Below, in pieces: positions 40,284 through 50,688 of a DNA stretch of 63,052 bases. The DNA comes from an uncultured Chitinophaga sp. (GTDB lineage: Bacteria > Bacteroidota > Bacteroidia > UKL13-3): the NCBI GenBank assembly GCA_964545895.1, contig CAZJHS010000007.1:1-63052 (forward strand). The letters are read 5' to 3'. A model generated the notes under the pieces. That model had not been told where the DNA came from and made no database searches. It saw only the letters and a list, made by a program, of their open reading frames with translations. The position numbers and the translations under genes were made by a program. Positions within the stretch are counted from its first letter, which is position 1; the number at the start of each line of letters is the position of its first letter.

Positions 40284-41105
40284 TTACTGAACTAAAATTG
40301 AAAATAATGTTTTAAGAAACACCAACGAAACAAAAGAGGCAAAAGTAATTCGGATTACATTGGCACTTGCCTTTTGCGAAGCCATTACGCCCATGGGTGC
40401 AAACAACAAAGCCGCTGCTATCATGGGCAACACCACCGGAAATACTATGTATCCAATTTGCCAAGTGGAGGCAATATGATTGGGAACTGAAGTTAGGTTT
40501 AATATACCAACTGCAATGGCAAAAAATGGTATAACTCCATTTGATATTGAGCTAGCCTTTTTTATGTCTTGTTTCAATACATCTGTAAAAACAGGTGTCA
40601 TAACCACACCACCTCCTAAACCACTTAATGCAGTAATAATACCTGCAATAAAACCTGTAATACTAAAACCAAGCGCCTTGGCCTTTTGTACTTTTACTTG
40701 GGTTGATGGCTTTGCCATAAACATACGTAATGCAATAAACAACAACATACCAGCAAAAAAGTAACTAAACACTTCTTTGCTATACCATTGACCTGCTCTA
40801 ATTAAAAGTGTCATGCCTACGGCAGATACAACACCAGTAATTGTGGTATAAAAAATTTCGCGCGGAAAAAAATTACCCAATTTGTATTGCTTATAACTGC
40901 TTATCGACCCAGAAAAAATAATTGTAAATAAAGAGTTAGCTAATATGGCATTAACCAAATCGCCATTAGTATAACCTAGTTTGGTTAAAAAATAATCGAG
41001 TATAGGAACATAAACAATACCGCCACCAACACCTAAAAATCCAGATAAAAAACCACCAATGGAGCCCAGTAAAAAAATGTAAATAATAGCTGTATAATCA
41101 ATCAC
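40284..41105 (-). CDS. TauE/SafE-family sulfite exporter
   Basis: Twin GFLGVGGG / ALSGLGGG motifs; multi-TM; GTG start. Confidence 0.85.
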   Translation of the reverse strand: MIDYTAIIYIFLLGSIGGFLSGFLGVGGGIVYVPILDYFLTKLGYTNGDLVNAILANSLFTIIFSGSISSYKQYKLGNFFPREIFYTTITGVVSAVGMTLLIRAGQWYSKEVFSYFFAGMLLFIALRMFMAKPSTQVKVQKAKALGFSITGFIAGIITALSGLGGGVVMTPVFTDVLKQDIKKASSISNGVIPFFAIAVGILNLTSVPNHIASTWQIGYIVFPVVLPMIAAALLFAPMGVMASQKASANVIRITFASFVSLVFLKTLFSILVQ

Positions 41106-41150
41106 TGTAGTACTATTTTAAAACAAATGTAATTGGATAATTTAAAACAA

Positions 41151-41178
41151 AAAGTCCCGAAGCAAACTTCGGGACTTT
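41151..41178 (-). terminator. Intrinsic terminator after the S41 gene
   Basis: AAAGTCCCGAAG-caaa-CTTCGGGACTTT. Confidence 0.8.
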
Positions 41179-41180
41179 AC

Positions 41181-42842
41181 TTATTTTTTGTTTAACAATT
41201 GGTTATACTTAGTAGGGTTAGCAAACAACAACAAGGCTTCTTTCACATCATCATCATGTTTAGCAGCCATTTCGTATTGCGCACGCTGAAAATAGTAACG
41301 CTTGGCAATTTCCGATTCTAATAAACGTATAATCTCTGCTTTATTCTTTTCTAAATCGGCCTGTTTATCATGGTTTAAGTTTTGCTTCAATACATCATAT
41401 TGTTGCTTCACCGCTTCAAAGTATTTCTCTTCCTCGGCTTTCTTTTTAAAATCTTCCAATGCTTTTTCACTAGCTGTTTGGTAATCGTAAGTTTTATTGG
41501 CTATAAACTTTTTAAAATCGGCAAAATCAGCATCAGTTAATCTAAAATCTTTAGCAGCATCAATACTTGTATGCTTAGTTCGGTACTGTGTGGCAAAATC
41601 AAAAATCAACTGATTAATTACTAAACTCTCAGCTAGCTTACTGTAGTTAAATTGCTTAGTAGCTATATCAGGGTCTATTCCTCCACCATCATACACAACC
41701 CTACCATTGCGGGTTTTAAATGCTTTTTTCAAACTATCAGCCACTGCACCCACGCTTCCATCTGGGTTACGGTGCGTGTAATCTAATGCTTGTATACATC
41801 TGCCACTTGGTGTGTAATACTTAGCAGTAGTAACTTTTAATTGCGAGTTATAAGTTAATGGTCGTGTACTTTGTACCAACCCTTTACCATATGTTTTTTG
41901 ACCAATAACTACTCCTCTATCAAAATCTTGTATGCTTCCGCTTACAATTTCGCTGGCACTTGCACTACCACGGTTGGTTAAAACTACTAATGGAATTTCG
42001 GTATCAATAGGTTGGTTTAATGTTTTATAACTTTTATCCCACTCTTGCACTTTACCTTTAGTACTTACAACCTCCTGGCCTTGGCCAATAAACACATTTA
42101 CAATATTTATCGACTCGTGCAATAAACCTCCAGGATTGCCACGTACATCTAGTATTACACCTTTAAGTTTTGGATTTTTCTTTAACTCCACCATGGCATC
42201 TTTAACCTCTTTACCTGCATTTTGGGTAAACGATGCCAGCTTTATGTAGCCAATTTCGTCAGAAACCATGCCTACGTAAGGTACGTTTTTAAGTTGAATT
42301 TCTTCGCGGGTAACCACTTTAGTCATCTCTCCTACCTCATCGCGCTTTATAAGCAACTTCACTTGCGTACCAGGCTGTCCTTTAAGTAACTTACTAATAT
42401 CGCTTGTGGTTTTTCCTTTGGTTGATTTACCTTCAATTTCCAATAAAATATCTCCTGCACGCAAATCAGCCTTTTGAGCAGCAAAACCTTCATATGGTTC
42501 GGTAATAACAATGTAATCGCCTTTTACGCCAACTATACTACCAATTCCTCCATACTGGCCTGTCATCTGAAATCTAAAGTCCTCGGCTTCAGCTTCCGAA
42601 ATATAATTGGTATAAGGATCTAGCGACTCCAACATTTGGTCTATAGCCGTTTTAATCAACTTACCAGCATCAACATCATCCACATAATAAGTATTTACCT
42701 CCCTAAATAAGGTGGCAAAAATGTCGAGGTTCTTACTTATTTCGAAATAGTTGGTTGAGCTTTTGTTAAAAGAGAAAAGTCCAAAAACACCGATGGCAAT
42801 AATGATATAATACCAACGAACTTTCTTAAGTATATTTTTCAT
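41181..42842 (-). CDS. S41-family carboxyl-terminal processing protease
   Basis: LDPYT, PDZ GIG, LDVRGNPGG, SASASEIVSG, TYGKGLVQ, KYYTPSGR. Confidence 0.95.
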   Translation of the reverse strand: MKNILKKVRWYYIIIAIGVFGLFSFNKSSTNYFEISKNLDIFATLFREVNTYYVDDVDAGKLIKTAIDQMLESLDPYTNYISEAEAEDFRFQMTGQYGGIGSIVGVKGDYIVITEPYEGFAAQKADLRAGDILLEIEGKSTKGKTTSDISKLLKGQPGTQVKLLIKRDEVGEMTKVVTREEIQLKNVPYVGMVSDEIGYIKLASFTQNAGKEVKDAMVELKKNPKLKGVILDVRGNPGGLLHESINIVNVFIGQGQEVVSTKGKVQEWDKSYKTLNQPIDTEIPLVVLTNRGSASASEIVSGSIQDFDRGVVIGQKTYGKGLVQSTRPLTYNSQLKVTTAKYYTPSGRCIQALDYTHRNPDGSVGAVADSLKKAFKTRNGRVVYDGGGIDPDIATKQFNYSKLAESLVINQLIFDFATQYRTKHTSIDAAKDFRLTDADFADFKKFIANKTYDYQTASEKALEDFKKKAEEEKYFEAVKQQYDVLKQNLNHDKQADLEKNKAEIIRLLESEIAKRYYFQRAQYEMAAKHDDDVKEALLLFANPTKYNQLLNKK

Positions 42843-42920
42843 GATGGAATGAGACAGAATAAATGCTATTTACAACAATACAATTTTTGTTGATGTTAAC
42901 GCAACATGTAATGCAATATT

Positions 42921-43175
42921 TTATGGCAGTGGATCGTGGCCATGCCCACCCCAAGGACCACATCGTGCTATACGTTTTAAGCCAAGCCAAAGACCTTTAA
43001 TTGGACCATACTTTTGCAATGCCTGTATCATGTATGATGAACAAGTAGGTGTATACCTGCACGAGTTAGGCAAAAACGGGGATATAAAAACCTGATAGCC
43101 CCTTACCAATAATACCAGAGGATAGCTAAGTAGTTTTTTCAATTTGAGCAATAATTTTTTTGATAACCCCTTCAA
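42921..43175 (-). CDS. yidD: Membrane protein insertion efficiency factor (start uncertain; TTG 43142 possible)
   Basis: [25 protein letters not shown]. Confidence 0.93.
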   Translation of the reverse strand: MKGLSKKLLLKLKKLLSYPLVLLVRGYQVFISPFLPNSCRYTPTCSSYMIQALQKYGPIKGLWLGLKRIARCGPWGGHGHDPLP

Positions 43176-43524
43176 ACAAAGGGCTTAATTGCTGGTAAGG
43201 CACATGCGATTTACCCTGAAAAACAATTGCCAAAGCAATTTTTTTATCGTGTTGGGTAAGCGTTTGATACAACGCTGTTTTTTGGAGCCGGTATAACTCC
43301 CTAAGCTGGCGCTTAATTTTATTACGATCGGTGGCATGCGCAAAGGTGCGTTTTGATACCGATACCATAACCTGTGCCGGAAACTCGAAAGTAGTAGCCG
43401 GCACGTACTGCCATATAACACGAAAAGGAAACTGCGTAACTACACGGTTTCCTTTGGTGAATAAGTTATTAATTAGCACTTTACTGCACAAGCGCTCTGC
43501 CTTATAAAAACTGTATGGTTTCAT
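43126..43524 (-). CDS. rnpA: Ribonuclease P protein component
   Basis: [27 protein letters not shown]; follows rpmH. Confidence 0.92.
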   Translation of the reverse strand: MKPYSFYKAERLCSKVLINNLFTKGNRVVTQFPFRVIWQYVPATTFEFPAQVMVSVSKRTFAHATDRNKIKRQLRELYRLQKTALYQTLTQHDKKIALAIVFQGKSHVPYQQLSPLFEGVIKKIIAQIEKTT

Positions 43525-43568
43525 ACGGATATAAAACAAAGAAGCAACTGCAGTTAAGCAGCAACTAA

Positions 43569-43733
43569 TTATTTTTTGTGACGTTTCTCGTCAGATACTG
43601 TTAATTTCTTACGACCACGTGCTCTACGTGCGTTTAATACTTTACGGCCAGCAGCTGTTGCCATTCTCTCTCTAAAACCGTGTTTGTTTCTTCTCTTACG
43701 TACTGATGGTTGGTATGTTCTTTTAGTAGACAT
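43569..43733 (-). CDS. rpmH: 50S ribosomal protein L34 (absent from the ORF track)
   Basis: Translates as [54 protein letters not shown]. Confidence 0.97.
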   Translation of the reverse strand: MSTKRTYQPSVRKRRNKHGFRERMATAAGRKVLNARRARGRKKLTVSDEKRHKK

Positions 43734-43756
43734 AGCTTTTAATATTTTAAGGATGG

Positions 43757-43764
43757 CAAAAGTA
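43757..43764 (-). promoter_or_regulatory. -7 promoter box for the rpmH operon
   Basis: TACTTTTG followed by CC on the minus strand, 24 nt upstream of the ATG. Confidence 0.7.
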
Positions 43765-43814
43765 TCATCTTTTGCACAAAATAAAAATCTTTTTGTACTT
43801 TTTTTAACACATAA

Positions 43815-43842
43815 AAAAAATCCCGCCTAAGCGGGATTTTTT
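43815..43842 (-). terminator. Intrinsic terminator
   Basis: AAAAAATCCCGC-ctaa-GCGGGATTTTTT. Confidence 0.85.
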
Positions 43843-43866
43843 AAAGTCGTACTTACTAATTAAAAA

Positions 43867-44097
43867 TTAGTGAGCAGCTGGAGCTTCTGCAGCTGGAGCA
43901 GCAGTAGTGTCTGCAGTTGCAGTTGTGTCAGTAGTCATTGCTGCAGCTTCTGCTTGTAAAGTAGAATCAGCGATACGTTGTTGTTCGATTGAATCTAATT
44001 TAGCTTGTTCTGCTTTTGCTTTGTCGTCTGCTGAAGGACCGCAAGCTACGATTGCTAACATAGCTGTAGCTGCTACGATTGATAATACTTTTTTCAT
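43867..44097 (-). CDS. 76-aa Ala/Thr/Asp-rich lipoprotein
   Basis: Lipobox IVAC; own promoter and terminator. Confidence 0.8.
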   Translation of the reverse strand: MKKVLSIVAATAMLAIVACGPSADDKAKAEQAKLDSIEQQRIADSTLQAEAAAMTTDTTATADTTAAPAAEAPAAH

Positions 44098-44129
44098 TGT
44101 GTTTTTGTTTTTCTTGATTAAAATCGGTG

Positions 44130-44137
44130 CAAATATA
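44130..44137 (-). promoter_or_regulatory. -7 promoter box for the small lipoprotein
   Basis: TATATTTG followed by CAC on the minus strand. Confidence 0.65.
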
Positions 44138-44166
44138 TGCCTATTTTTAACAAGTGCAATTTTTTT

Positions 44167-45549
44167 TTACTTTTTTCTCATGTAAATTACCATAGGAACT
44201 CCATGGAAATCAAAATTTTCTCTGATTTTGTTCTCTAAGTAGCGTTTATAGCTCTCGCCAACGTATTGTGGTAAGTTACAGAAGAATGCAAATTTGGGGC
44301 TACGACCCGGCAATTGCATTACAAACTTAATTTTTACGTACTTACCTTTAAGCGATGGTGGCGGATAAGCCTCTATTAGCTCAAGCATTACATCGTTTAA
44401 TTTATGAGTTGGGATTCTGCGTTTACGGTTTTCGCAAACCATCATAGCCAAATCAACCAACTTGTGTATACGTTGCTTTTCGGTTGCCGAGGTAAATAAA
44501 ATAGGCACATCATTAAACGGACGTAATTTTTCACGAATCATGTCTTCGTATTCTTTGGCCGTTTTATGATCTTTTTCTACCAAATCCCACTTGTTTACCA
44601 CAATCATTAAGCCTTTGCTGTTTCTAATGGCTAAATGCACCAAGTTCATATCTTGCGAATCAAGGCCAATTGTTGCATCAATTACAAGTACTGCCACATC
44701 ACAGTTTTCAAGGGCGTTAATAGAGCGCATTACCGAGTAAAACTCAATATCTTCTTTAACCTTAGCTTTTCTGCGTATACCTGCGGTATCAACCAAATAA
44801 AATTTGTGTCCGTAAGCATTATAAAGCGTATCAATAGTATCGCGGGTGGTACCAGCAATATCTGTTACAATATTTCTGTCTTCGCCCAATAAAGCATTTA
44901 CCAACGATGATTTACCTACGTTAGGACGACCAACAATGGCCACTTTAGGTAAGTAATTTACGGGTTCTTCTTTTTCAATTAAATCGTTGTTTTCGTCATA
45001 CTCAGCCGCCAAATCCACATCATCATCAGCACCTTCGGTTTCCGAAATAAGCTCTGGTTTTAAAAACTCCATCGTATCATCTAACAACTCTCCAGTTCCG
45101 CTACCGCTAACCGATGATAAAGTAAATAATGTATCGAAACCCATCCCGTAAAAAACACTTGCTTCGTACACACGTTGGCTATTATCAACCTTATTTACAA
45201 CCACATACACTTGCTTTTTAGTTCTGCGCAATAAATCAGCAATGTGGCTATCTAAATCTGTAATTCCGGTGGTAACATCTACCATAAAATAAATTAAATC
45301 AGCTTCTTTAATGGCTATTTTAACTTGATCTCTGATAGCTGCTTCAAATACATCGGCACTATTGGTTACAAAACCTCCTGTATCTACTATATTAAATTTA
45401 CGTCCGCACCACTCTACTTCTCCGTAATGCCTATCGCGTGTTACACCCGAAAAGTCATCAACTATCGCTCTACGTTGACCCACCAACCTGTTAAATAGGG
45501 TTGATTTGCCCACATTTGGCCTCCCCACAATTGCAACCATGTTTCCCAT
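44167..45549 (-). CDS. der: Ribosome biogenesis GTPase Der
   Basis: Two GRPNVGKS P-loops, DTGG and DTAG, NKVD and NKWD; ATG 45549. Confidence 0.96.
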   Translation of the reverse strand: MGNMVAIVGRPNVGKSTLFNRLVGQRRAIVDDFSGVTRDRHYGEVEWCGRKFNIVDTGGFVTNSADVFEAAIRDQVKIAIKEADLIYFMVDVTTGITDLDSHIADLLRRTKKQVYVVVNKVDNSQRVYEASVFYGMGFDTLFTLSSVSGSGTGELLDDTMEFLKPELISETEGADDDVDLAAEYDENNDLIEKEEPVNYLPKVAIVGRPNVGKSSLVNALLGEDRNIVTDIAGTTRDTIDTLYNAYGHKFYLVDTAGIRRKAKVKEDIEFYSVMRSINALENCDVAVLVIDATIGLDSQDMNLVHLAIRNSKGLMIVVNKWDLVEKDHKTAKEYEDMIREKLRPFNDVPILFTSATEKQRIHKLVDLAMMVCENRKRRIPTHKLNDVMLELIEAYPPPSLKGKYVKIKFVMQLPGRSPKFAFFCNLPQYVGESYKRYLENKIRENFDFHGVPMVIYMRKK

Positions 45550-45589
45550 AATGTTCCTCTTTCTTGTTTTAAAATTACCTTTTAATTTA

Positions 45590-46477
45590 TTAATCCTCTT
45601 TGTAGCCAAACTGTTTTAACAGCTTATCGCTATCTCTCCAGTTTTCTTTAACTTTTACAAAGGTCTGCAAAAATACCTGTTTACTGAAAAATCTTTCTAA
45701 ATCTCTGCGCGCAGCTATACCCACATTTTTAAGCGCTACGCCACCTTTGCCTATTAAAATTATTTTTTGCGAATCGCGCATCACATAAATTTCGGCACTT
45801 ATACGTATAATTTTTTCGTCTTCTTTAAACTCCACCACATCAACCTGCACGCTGTAAGGAATTTCTTCTTTGTAGCGCATCATTATTTTTTCGCGAATAA
45901 TTTCGGAAGCTACAAAACGCTCACTTTTATCGGTTAATTGATCATCGGGGTAAAATGATGGTCCTTCGGGGATAAACTCCAATATTTTTTTCATGGCATC
46001 AGCTAATCCAAACTTATTTTGGGCTGATATGGGGAAAATAGCCGTAGCATTAACCTTTGATTTAATGTGGTTTACCTTTTGCTCAACAGCATCATTACCA
46101 GCCATTAAATCTATTTTATTAACCAAAACAATTAACGGATACTTAATAAGTTTTAGGCGTTCGTAAATGGCTTCGTCTTCGGGCGTGTCATCGCTATTAT
46201 CAGTAATAAACAGCACCACATCTGCATCTTGCAAGCTTTGATTCACAAATTCCATCATTGAACCATGTAATTTATACTTAGGTTCGATGATTCCGGGGGT
46301 GTCGCTAAACACTAATTGGTACTCGGGTTTGCTTAAAATACCCATAATACGGTGACGTGTTGTTTGAACTTTAGGAGAAATTATAGAAATTTTTTCGCCC
46401 ACTAAAGCGTTCATTAACGTTGACTTACCTACATTAGGCTTGCCAATTATACTTACATATCCTGATTTATGATTCAT
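45590..46477 (-). CDS. era: GTPase Era
   Basis: GKPNVGKST, QTTR, DTPG, NKID, KEEIPYS, IGKGG KH domain. Confidence 0.96.
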   Translation of the reverse strand: MNHKSGYVSIIGKPNVGKSTLMNALVGEKISIISPKVQTTRHRIMGILSKPEYQLVFSDTPGIIEPKYKLHGSMMEFVNQSLQDADVVLFITDNSDDTPEDEAIYERLKLIKYPLIVLVNKIDLMAGNDAVEQKVNHIKSKVNATAIFPISAQNKFGLADAMKKILEFIPEGPSFYPDDQLTDKSERFVASEIIREKIMMRYKEEIPYSVQVDVVEFKEDEKIIRISAEIYVMRDSQKIILIGKGGVALKNVGIAARRDLERFFSKQVFLQTFVKVKENWRDSDKLLKQFGYKED

Positions 46478-46505
46478 AAAAATTTGCTTGGCAAAGAAAG
46501 TGTAT

Positions 46506-46513
46506 TATATTTG
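46506..46513 (+). promoter_or_regulatory. -7 promoter box (with -33 TTTG at 46483) for tRNA-fMet
   Basis: TATATTTG followed by CAC; TTTG 19 nt upstream. Confidence 0.7.
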
Positions 46514-46614
46514 CACCAACAAATTGGTAGTAAACTAAACGGTTTACAAGATTTAACAAACCACGCAATTACCGTTAAAACCAACCTTGGTTGGCAAACG
46601 TAAAAAAGATATAT

Positions 46615-46686
<72 letters not shown>

Positions 46687-46698
46687 CTAGTAAAAATT

Positions 46699-46727
46699 AA
46701 AGACTAAACGAAAGTTTGGTCTTTTTT
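46699..46727 (+). terminator. Intrinsic terminator after tRNA-fMet
   Basis: AAAGACTAAAC-GAAA-GTTTGGTCTTTTTTT. Confidence 0.8.
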
Positions 46728-46855
46728 TGTTTACACCCATCCTAAATTTTTCGGCACAGCATTTTTATTTTTTGTACCTTGGTTTAACCATTAAACGTTT
46801 ATACCACTTAAAATGAAACCCTTATTTAGTTTACAACAACAGTTTTATCAATAAC

Positions 46856-47482
46856 ATGAAACACGATAATTGTATAACTTTAATAAAAAACAACCCTACA
46901 CGGATGGCAGGTGTGTATGAAAGTTTACATCACATAAGCAAGTTTTTTTTGATTGTGCTGGCATTTGGCTCTATGACTGCCTGTATGAAAACATTTACAT
47001 TACAAAATGGACGAACCAAAGTGCCCACTAAAACTCTTGTCTATAAAAACAAGGTGAATTTTGAAAAGGCTTTACTGAATGTTGTTGATACAGCTGTGGT
47101 TTATGAAGAGTTCAATAAAAGATATAATGTTTTAACAAGGTTAGATAACCACATTGAAACAAGCTTTTATGCAGTATATCGGTTTTATCCAAATGGAGAA
47201 TTAAACTACTTTGTTTTGGATAGAGATAGACCACAAGGCACAAACGATTTTAATCCTGAATACAAAGGTTATAGAGGTGTTTATTATTCGGAGAAAAGCA
47301 AGATCAAATATGATTTATTTGCACCAAGTAATGAATTAAGATGGATTGGAAAATTAACAGGTGAATTTACTTTTAGTGGTGATACTTTATACGTCAGACG
47401 AGATGAATCACCTAAGGAAGTTGATATATACATCAAGCGAACACTACCACCAGAATATTTTCAATACAAAGCGAATTGGTAA
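46856..47482 (+). CDS. Hypothetical (probable lipoprotein); start uncertain
   Basis: SKFFLIVLAFGSMTAC lipobox-like segment; isolated gene just downstream of the tRNA. Confidence 0.6.
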   Translation: MKHDNCITLIKNNPTRMAGVYESLHHISKFFLIVLAFGSMTACMKTFTLQNGRTKVPTKTLVYKNKVNFEKALLNVVDTAVVYEEFNKRYNVLTRLDNHIETSFYAVYRFYPNGELNYFVLDRDRPQGTNDFNPEYKGYRGVYYSEKSKIKYDLFAPSNELRWIGKLTGEFTFSGDTLYVRRDESPKEVDIYIKRTLPPEYFQYKANW

Positions 47483-47760
47483 AATAATAAAGTACCGCTC
47501 ACGCACAATCGTACCTCATGGCGTAGAAAAACAACTGCGTATTACAAACGCAAAAAACAATTATCCGTTAAAAACTGCCTTTATTTTTAAAGGCAATAAT
47601 ACCTTAGTTTACATGCATTTGCAGTTATGGTGGGCGCTGCAAGTAATCCCTAATATTGTCATATTTTCGGCCAATAAGGCTTGTTTATACTTTTTTATTT
47701 AAATTAAGCACCAAATAAAAACCTTTTTACGCCAACATTGCGTTGTATAGTAATTGGAAT

Positions 47761-47768
47761 TATATTTG
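47761..47768 (+). promoter_or_regulatory. -7 promoter box for clpC
   Basis: TATATTTG 42 nt upstream of the ATG. Confidence 0.55.
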
Positions 47769-47809
47769 AATTGTAGCAACAACAATTAAACGTTGGAGAA
47801 CATCTTATT

Positions 47810-50362
47810 ATGGAAGCAAAATTTTCACCAAGAGTAAAAGATGTAATTAGTTACAGTCGGGAGGAAGCCATACGACTGGGCCACGATTACATAGGAACAG
47901 AACATTTGTTATTGGGATTGGTACGCGAAGGTGATGGCAAAGCCATACGCACGTTAAAAGCTTTAGATGTAGATGTAATCAGACTAAAGAAAAGTATTGA
48001 GGATGCCATAAAAGGCACCGCCAACAATAACACCAATTTGGTTAATATACCTTTAACCAAACAGGCCGAAAAGGTGCTTAAAATTACCTACCTAGAAGCC
48101 AAAATATTTAAAACCGATATTATAGGTACTGAGCATTTGCTGCTATCTGTATTGCGCGATGAGGATAACTTAGCCTCGCAAATACTTTCGCAGTATGGTG
48201 TTAGTTACGATATTTTTAAATCGGCAGTTGAAAACAATATTTCAGATGTAAAAAACGAGATGAGTGCCGAAACTCCAGATGACGATTTTTATAGGGAAGA
48301 ACCGCGCAAACCAGCCGAGCCTATTAGAAAACCCGACAGCAAATCTAAAACTCCGGTATTGGATAATTTTGGAAGAGATTTAACCAAAAGTGCTGAAGAT
48401 GGCAAGTTAGATCCTATTGTAGGACGCGAAAAAGAAATTGAGCGTGTATCGCAAATATTAAGTCGCAGAAAGAAAAACAACCCTGTACTTATTGGCGAAC
48501 CAGGCGTGGGTAAAACTGCCATTGCCGAAGGTTTAGCACTGCGCATTGTGCAACGCAAAGTATCGCGCGTGTTGTTTAACAAACGTGTAATTATGCTTGA
48601 TTTAGCCAGCCTTGTGGCGGGTACCAAATACCGTGGCCAGTTTGAAGAGCGCATGAAAGCAGTGATGAACGAGTTGGAAAAATCGCCTGATGTAATTTTG
48701 TTTATTGACGAAATACATACCATTGTAGGTGCAGGTGGTGCCAGCGGAAGTTTAGATGCCAGCAACATGTTTAAACCAGCTTTGGCCCGTGGCGAAATTC
48801 AATGCATTGGTGCTACTACGCTTGATGAGTACCGTCAGTATATTGAGAAAGATGGTGCATTAGAAAGACGTTTTCAGTCGGTTTTAATTAACCCCACATC
48901 GCCCGAAGAAACGGTTCAGATTTTAAATAACATTAAAGGTAAATACGAAGATCACCACAATGTAATTTATGATGATGCCGCATTAGAAGCATGTGTTAAA
49001 TTAAGTAACCGCTACATTACCGACAGGCACTTACCAGATAAAGCTATTGATGTATTGGATGAGGCTGGTGCCCGTGTGCACATTAGCAACATACACGTAC
49101 CACAAAATATGCTTGAGCTTGAAAAAGCTATTGAGGATATTAAGGTAGAAAAAAACCGTGTGGTTAAAAGCCAAAAATACGAAGAGGCTGCTAAGTTGCG
49201 CGATAAAGAAAAACACTTATTAGAACAACTAGAGCTTGAAAAAGCTAAGTGGGAAGAAGAAACCAAACAACAACGCTACAAAGTAACTGATGAGGACATT
49301 GCAGAAGTAATTGCCATGATGACGGGTGTACCAGTAAAACGTATTGCCCAAAGCGAAGGTCAAAAACTATTAAGCATGCCCGAAGATTTACAAGGCAAAG
49401 TTATTGGACAAGATACTGCTATTGCTAAATTAGCTAAGGCTATACAGCGTACTCGCGCAGGTTTAAAAAACCCAAATAAACCAATTGGTTCGTTTGTATT
49501 TTTAGGCCCAACAGGTGTGGGTAAAACAGAAATGGCTAAAGTACTTGCCCGTTACTTGTTTGATAGCGATGATGCCATGGTGCGTATTGATATGAGTGAG
49601 TACATGGAGAAGTTTGCTGTTAGCCGTTTGGTTGGAGCGCCTCCGGGTTATATTGGCTACGAAGAAGGTGGACAGTTAACCGAAAAAATTCGCAGAAAAC
49701 CATACGCAGTTATTTTGCTTGATGAAATTGAAAAAGCACATCCTGATGTGTTTAATATTTTACTTCAGGTGTTGGATGAAGGTTTTATTACTGATAGTTT
49801 AGGTCGTAAGGTAGATTTTAGAAATACGATTATTATTATGACTTCAAACATTGGTAGCCGCCAATTAAAAGAGTTTGGTGCTGGTGTAGGTTTTAGTACT
49901 CCAAGTAAAAATGCACAAGCCGATACCAATGCAAAAATTGTGATTGAAAATGCGCTAAAGCGTTTCTTTGCACCTGAGTTTTTAAATCGTATTGATGATG
50001 TGATTGTGTTTAATCAATTAGATAGACCAGCTATTCATAAAATATTGGATTTAAACTTAGAGAAATTATTTAAACGTGTGGAGGAACTTGGTTTCCAGTT
50101 TAAAATTACGGATGCTGCTAAAGACTTTTTAGCCGATAAAGGTTTCGACCCAGACATGGGTGCTCGTCCGCTGGCACGTACCATACAACGTTATGTAGAA
50201 GATCCAGTGGCTGAAGAATTACTAAAAGGCGAACAAAACGAAGGCGCTGTAATTGAAATTGATTACGATAAAGAGGCCAATGCTGATGAGTTAAAAATTG
50301 GTGTGGCGCGTAAAAAAGAACCACGCAAAAAGAAGGATTCGCCACCGGTTAATCCCGAATAA
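47810..50362 (+). CDS. clpC: ClpC-type ATP-dependent Clp protease ATPase
   Basis: Clp-N repeats (YIGTEHLLL), GEPGVGKT, UVR-like coiled coil, GPTGVGKT, IDMSEY, PEFLNRID. Confidence 0.95.
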   Translation: MEAKFSPRVKDVISYSREEAIRLGHDYIGTEHLLLGLVREGDGKAIRTLKALDVDVIRLKKSIEDAIKGTANNNTNLVNIPLTKQAEKVLKITYLEAKIFKTDIIGTEHLLLSVLRDEDNLASQILSQYGVSYDIFKSAVENNISDVKNEMSAETPDDDFYREEPRKPAEPIRKPDSKSKTPVLDNFGRDLTKSAEDGKLDPIVGREKEIERVSQILSRRKKNNPVLIGEPGVGKTAIAEGLALRIVQRKVSRVLFNKRVIMLDLASLVAGTKYRGQFEERMKAVMNELEKSPDVILFIDEIHTIVGAGGASGSLDASNMFKPALARGEIQCIGATTLDEYRQYIEKDGALERRFQSVLINPTSPEETVQILNNIKGKYEDHHNVIYDDAALEACVKLSNRYITDRHLPDKAIDVLDEAGARVHISNIHVPQNMLELEKAIEDIKVEKNRVVKSQKYEEAAKLRDKEKHLLEQLELEKAKWEEETKQQRYKVTDEDIAEVIAMMTGVPVKRIAQSEGQKLLSMPEDLQGKVIGQDTAIAKLAKAIQRTRAGLKNPNKPIGSFVFLGPTGVGKTEMAKVLARYLFDSDDAMVRIDMSEYMEKFAVSRLVGAPPGYIGYEEGGQLTEKIRRKPYAVILLDEIEKAHPDVFNILLQVLDEGFITDSLGRKVDFRNTIIIMTSNIGSRQLKEFGAGVGFSTPSKNAQADTNAKIVIENALKRFFAPEFLNRIDDVIVFNQLDRPAIHKILDLNLEKLFKRVEELGFQFKITDAAKDFLADKGFDPDMGARPLARTIQRYVEDPVAEELLKGEQNEGAVIEIDYDKEANADELKIGVARKKEPRKKKDSPPVNPE

Positions 50363-50404
50363 AACAAAAAGGCCTTTCAGTTAAAATTGAAAGGCCTTTT
50401 TGTT
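50363..50404 (+). terminator. Intrinsic terminator, 17-bp perfect stem
   Basis: AACAAAAAGGCCTTTCA-gttaaaat-TGAAAGGCCTTTTTGTT. Confidence 0.88.
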
Positions 50405-50601
50405 AGTTCTTAGTTCACCGTTTTTAGTTTTTAGTTTTGGTTTGGATGGAGGTGATATTGGATTGTGGAGTTGGCGTTTAGCCTTTGGCTGTTAGCTTTT
50501 AGCTTAACCCTTAATTAAACATTTAGCATTCATAACTCATTACCCACTTTGTACTCGCTGTGCTCCCGAGGTTTCGGGACGTTGTGACCTTTGTGGTTAA
50601 A
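50403..50601. repeat. Intergenic mosaic of short-period repeat modules
   Basis: TTAGTTY 7-mers (50403-50437), TTRGCnn 7-mers (50478-50505), CATTCATAACTC (50527-50538), TCCCGA-ggtt-TCGGGA (50564-50579), GTTGTGACCTTTGTGGTTAAA (50581-50601). Confidence 0.75.
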
Positions 50602-50688
50602 TTAACAGTTAACTTTTAGCCATTAACGAGGAACCAAGAACAATAAACCATCGCATCTGCACATCATCAAATTTACCAATTGAATTCT

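Noticed and set aside
42921-43733. rnpA/yidD overlap and absence of yidC
   Set aside because: The rnpA-yidD overlap is common, and this gene order is ordinary for Bacteroidota.
44940-45070. Acidic insertion between the two GTPase domains of Der
   Set aside because: The inter-domain linker is normally acidic and variable in length.
47361-47702. 113-aa plus-strand ORF
   Set aside because: Overlaps the preceding gene out of frame, runs through AT-rich intergenic DNA, and has no recognisable motif.
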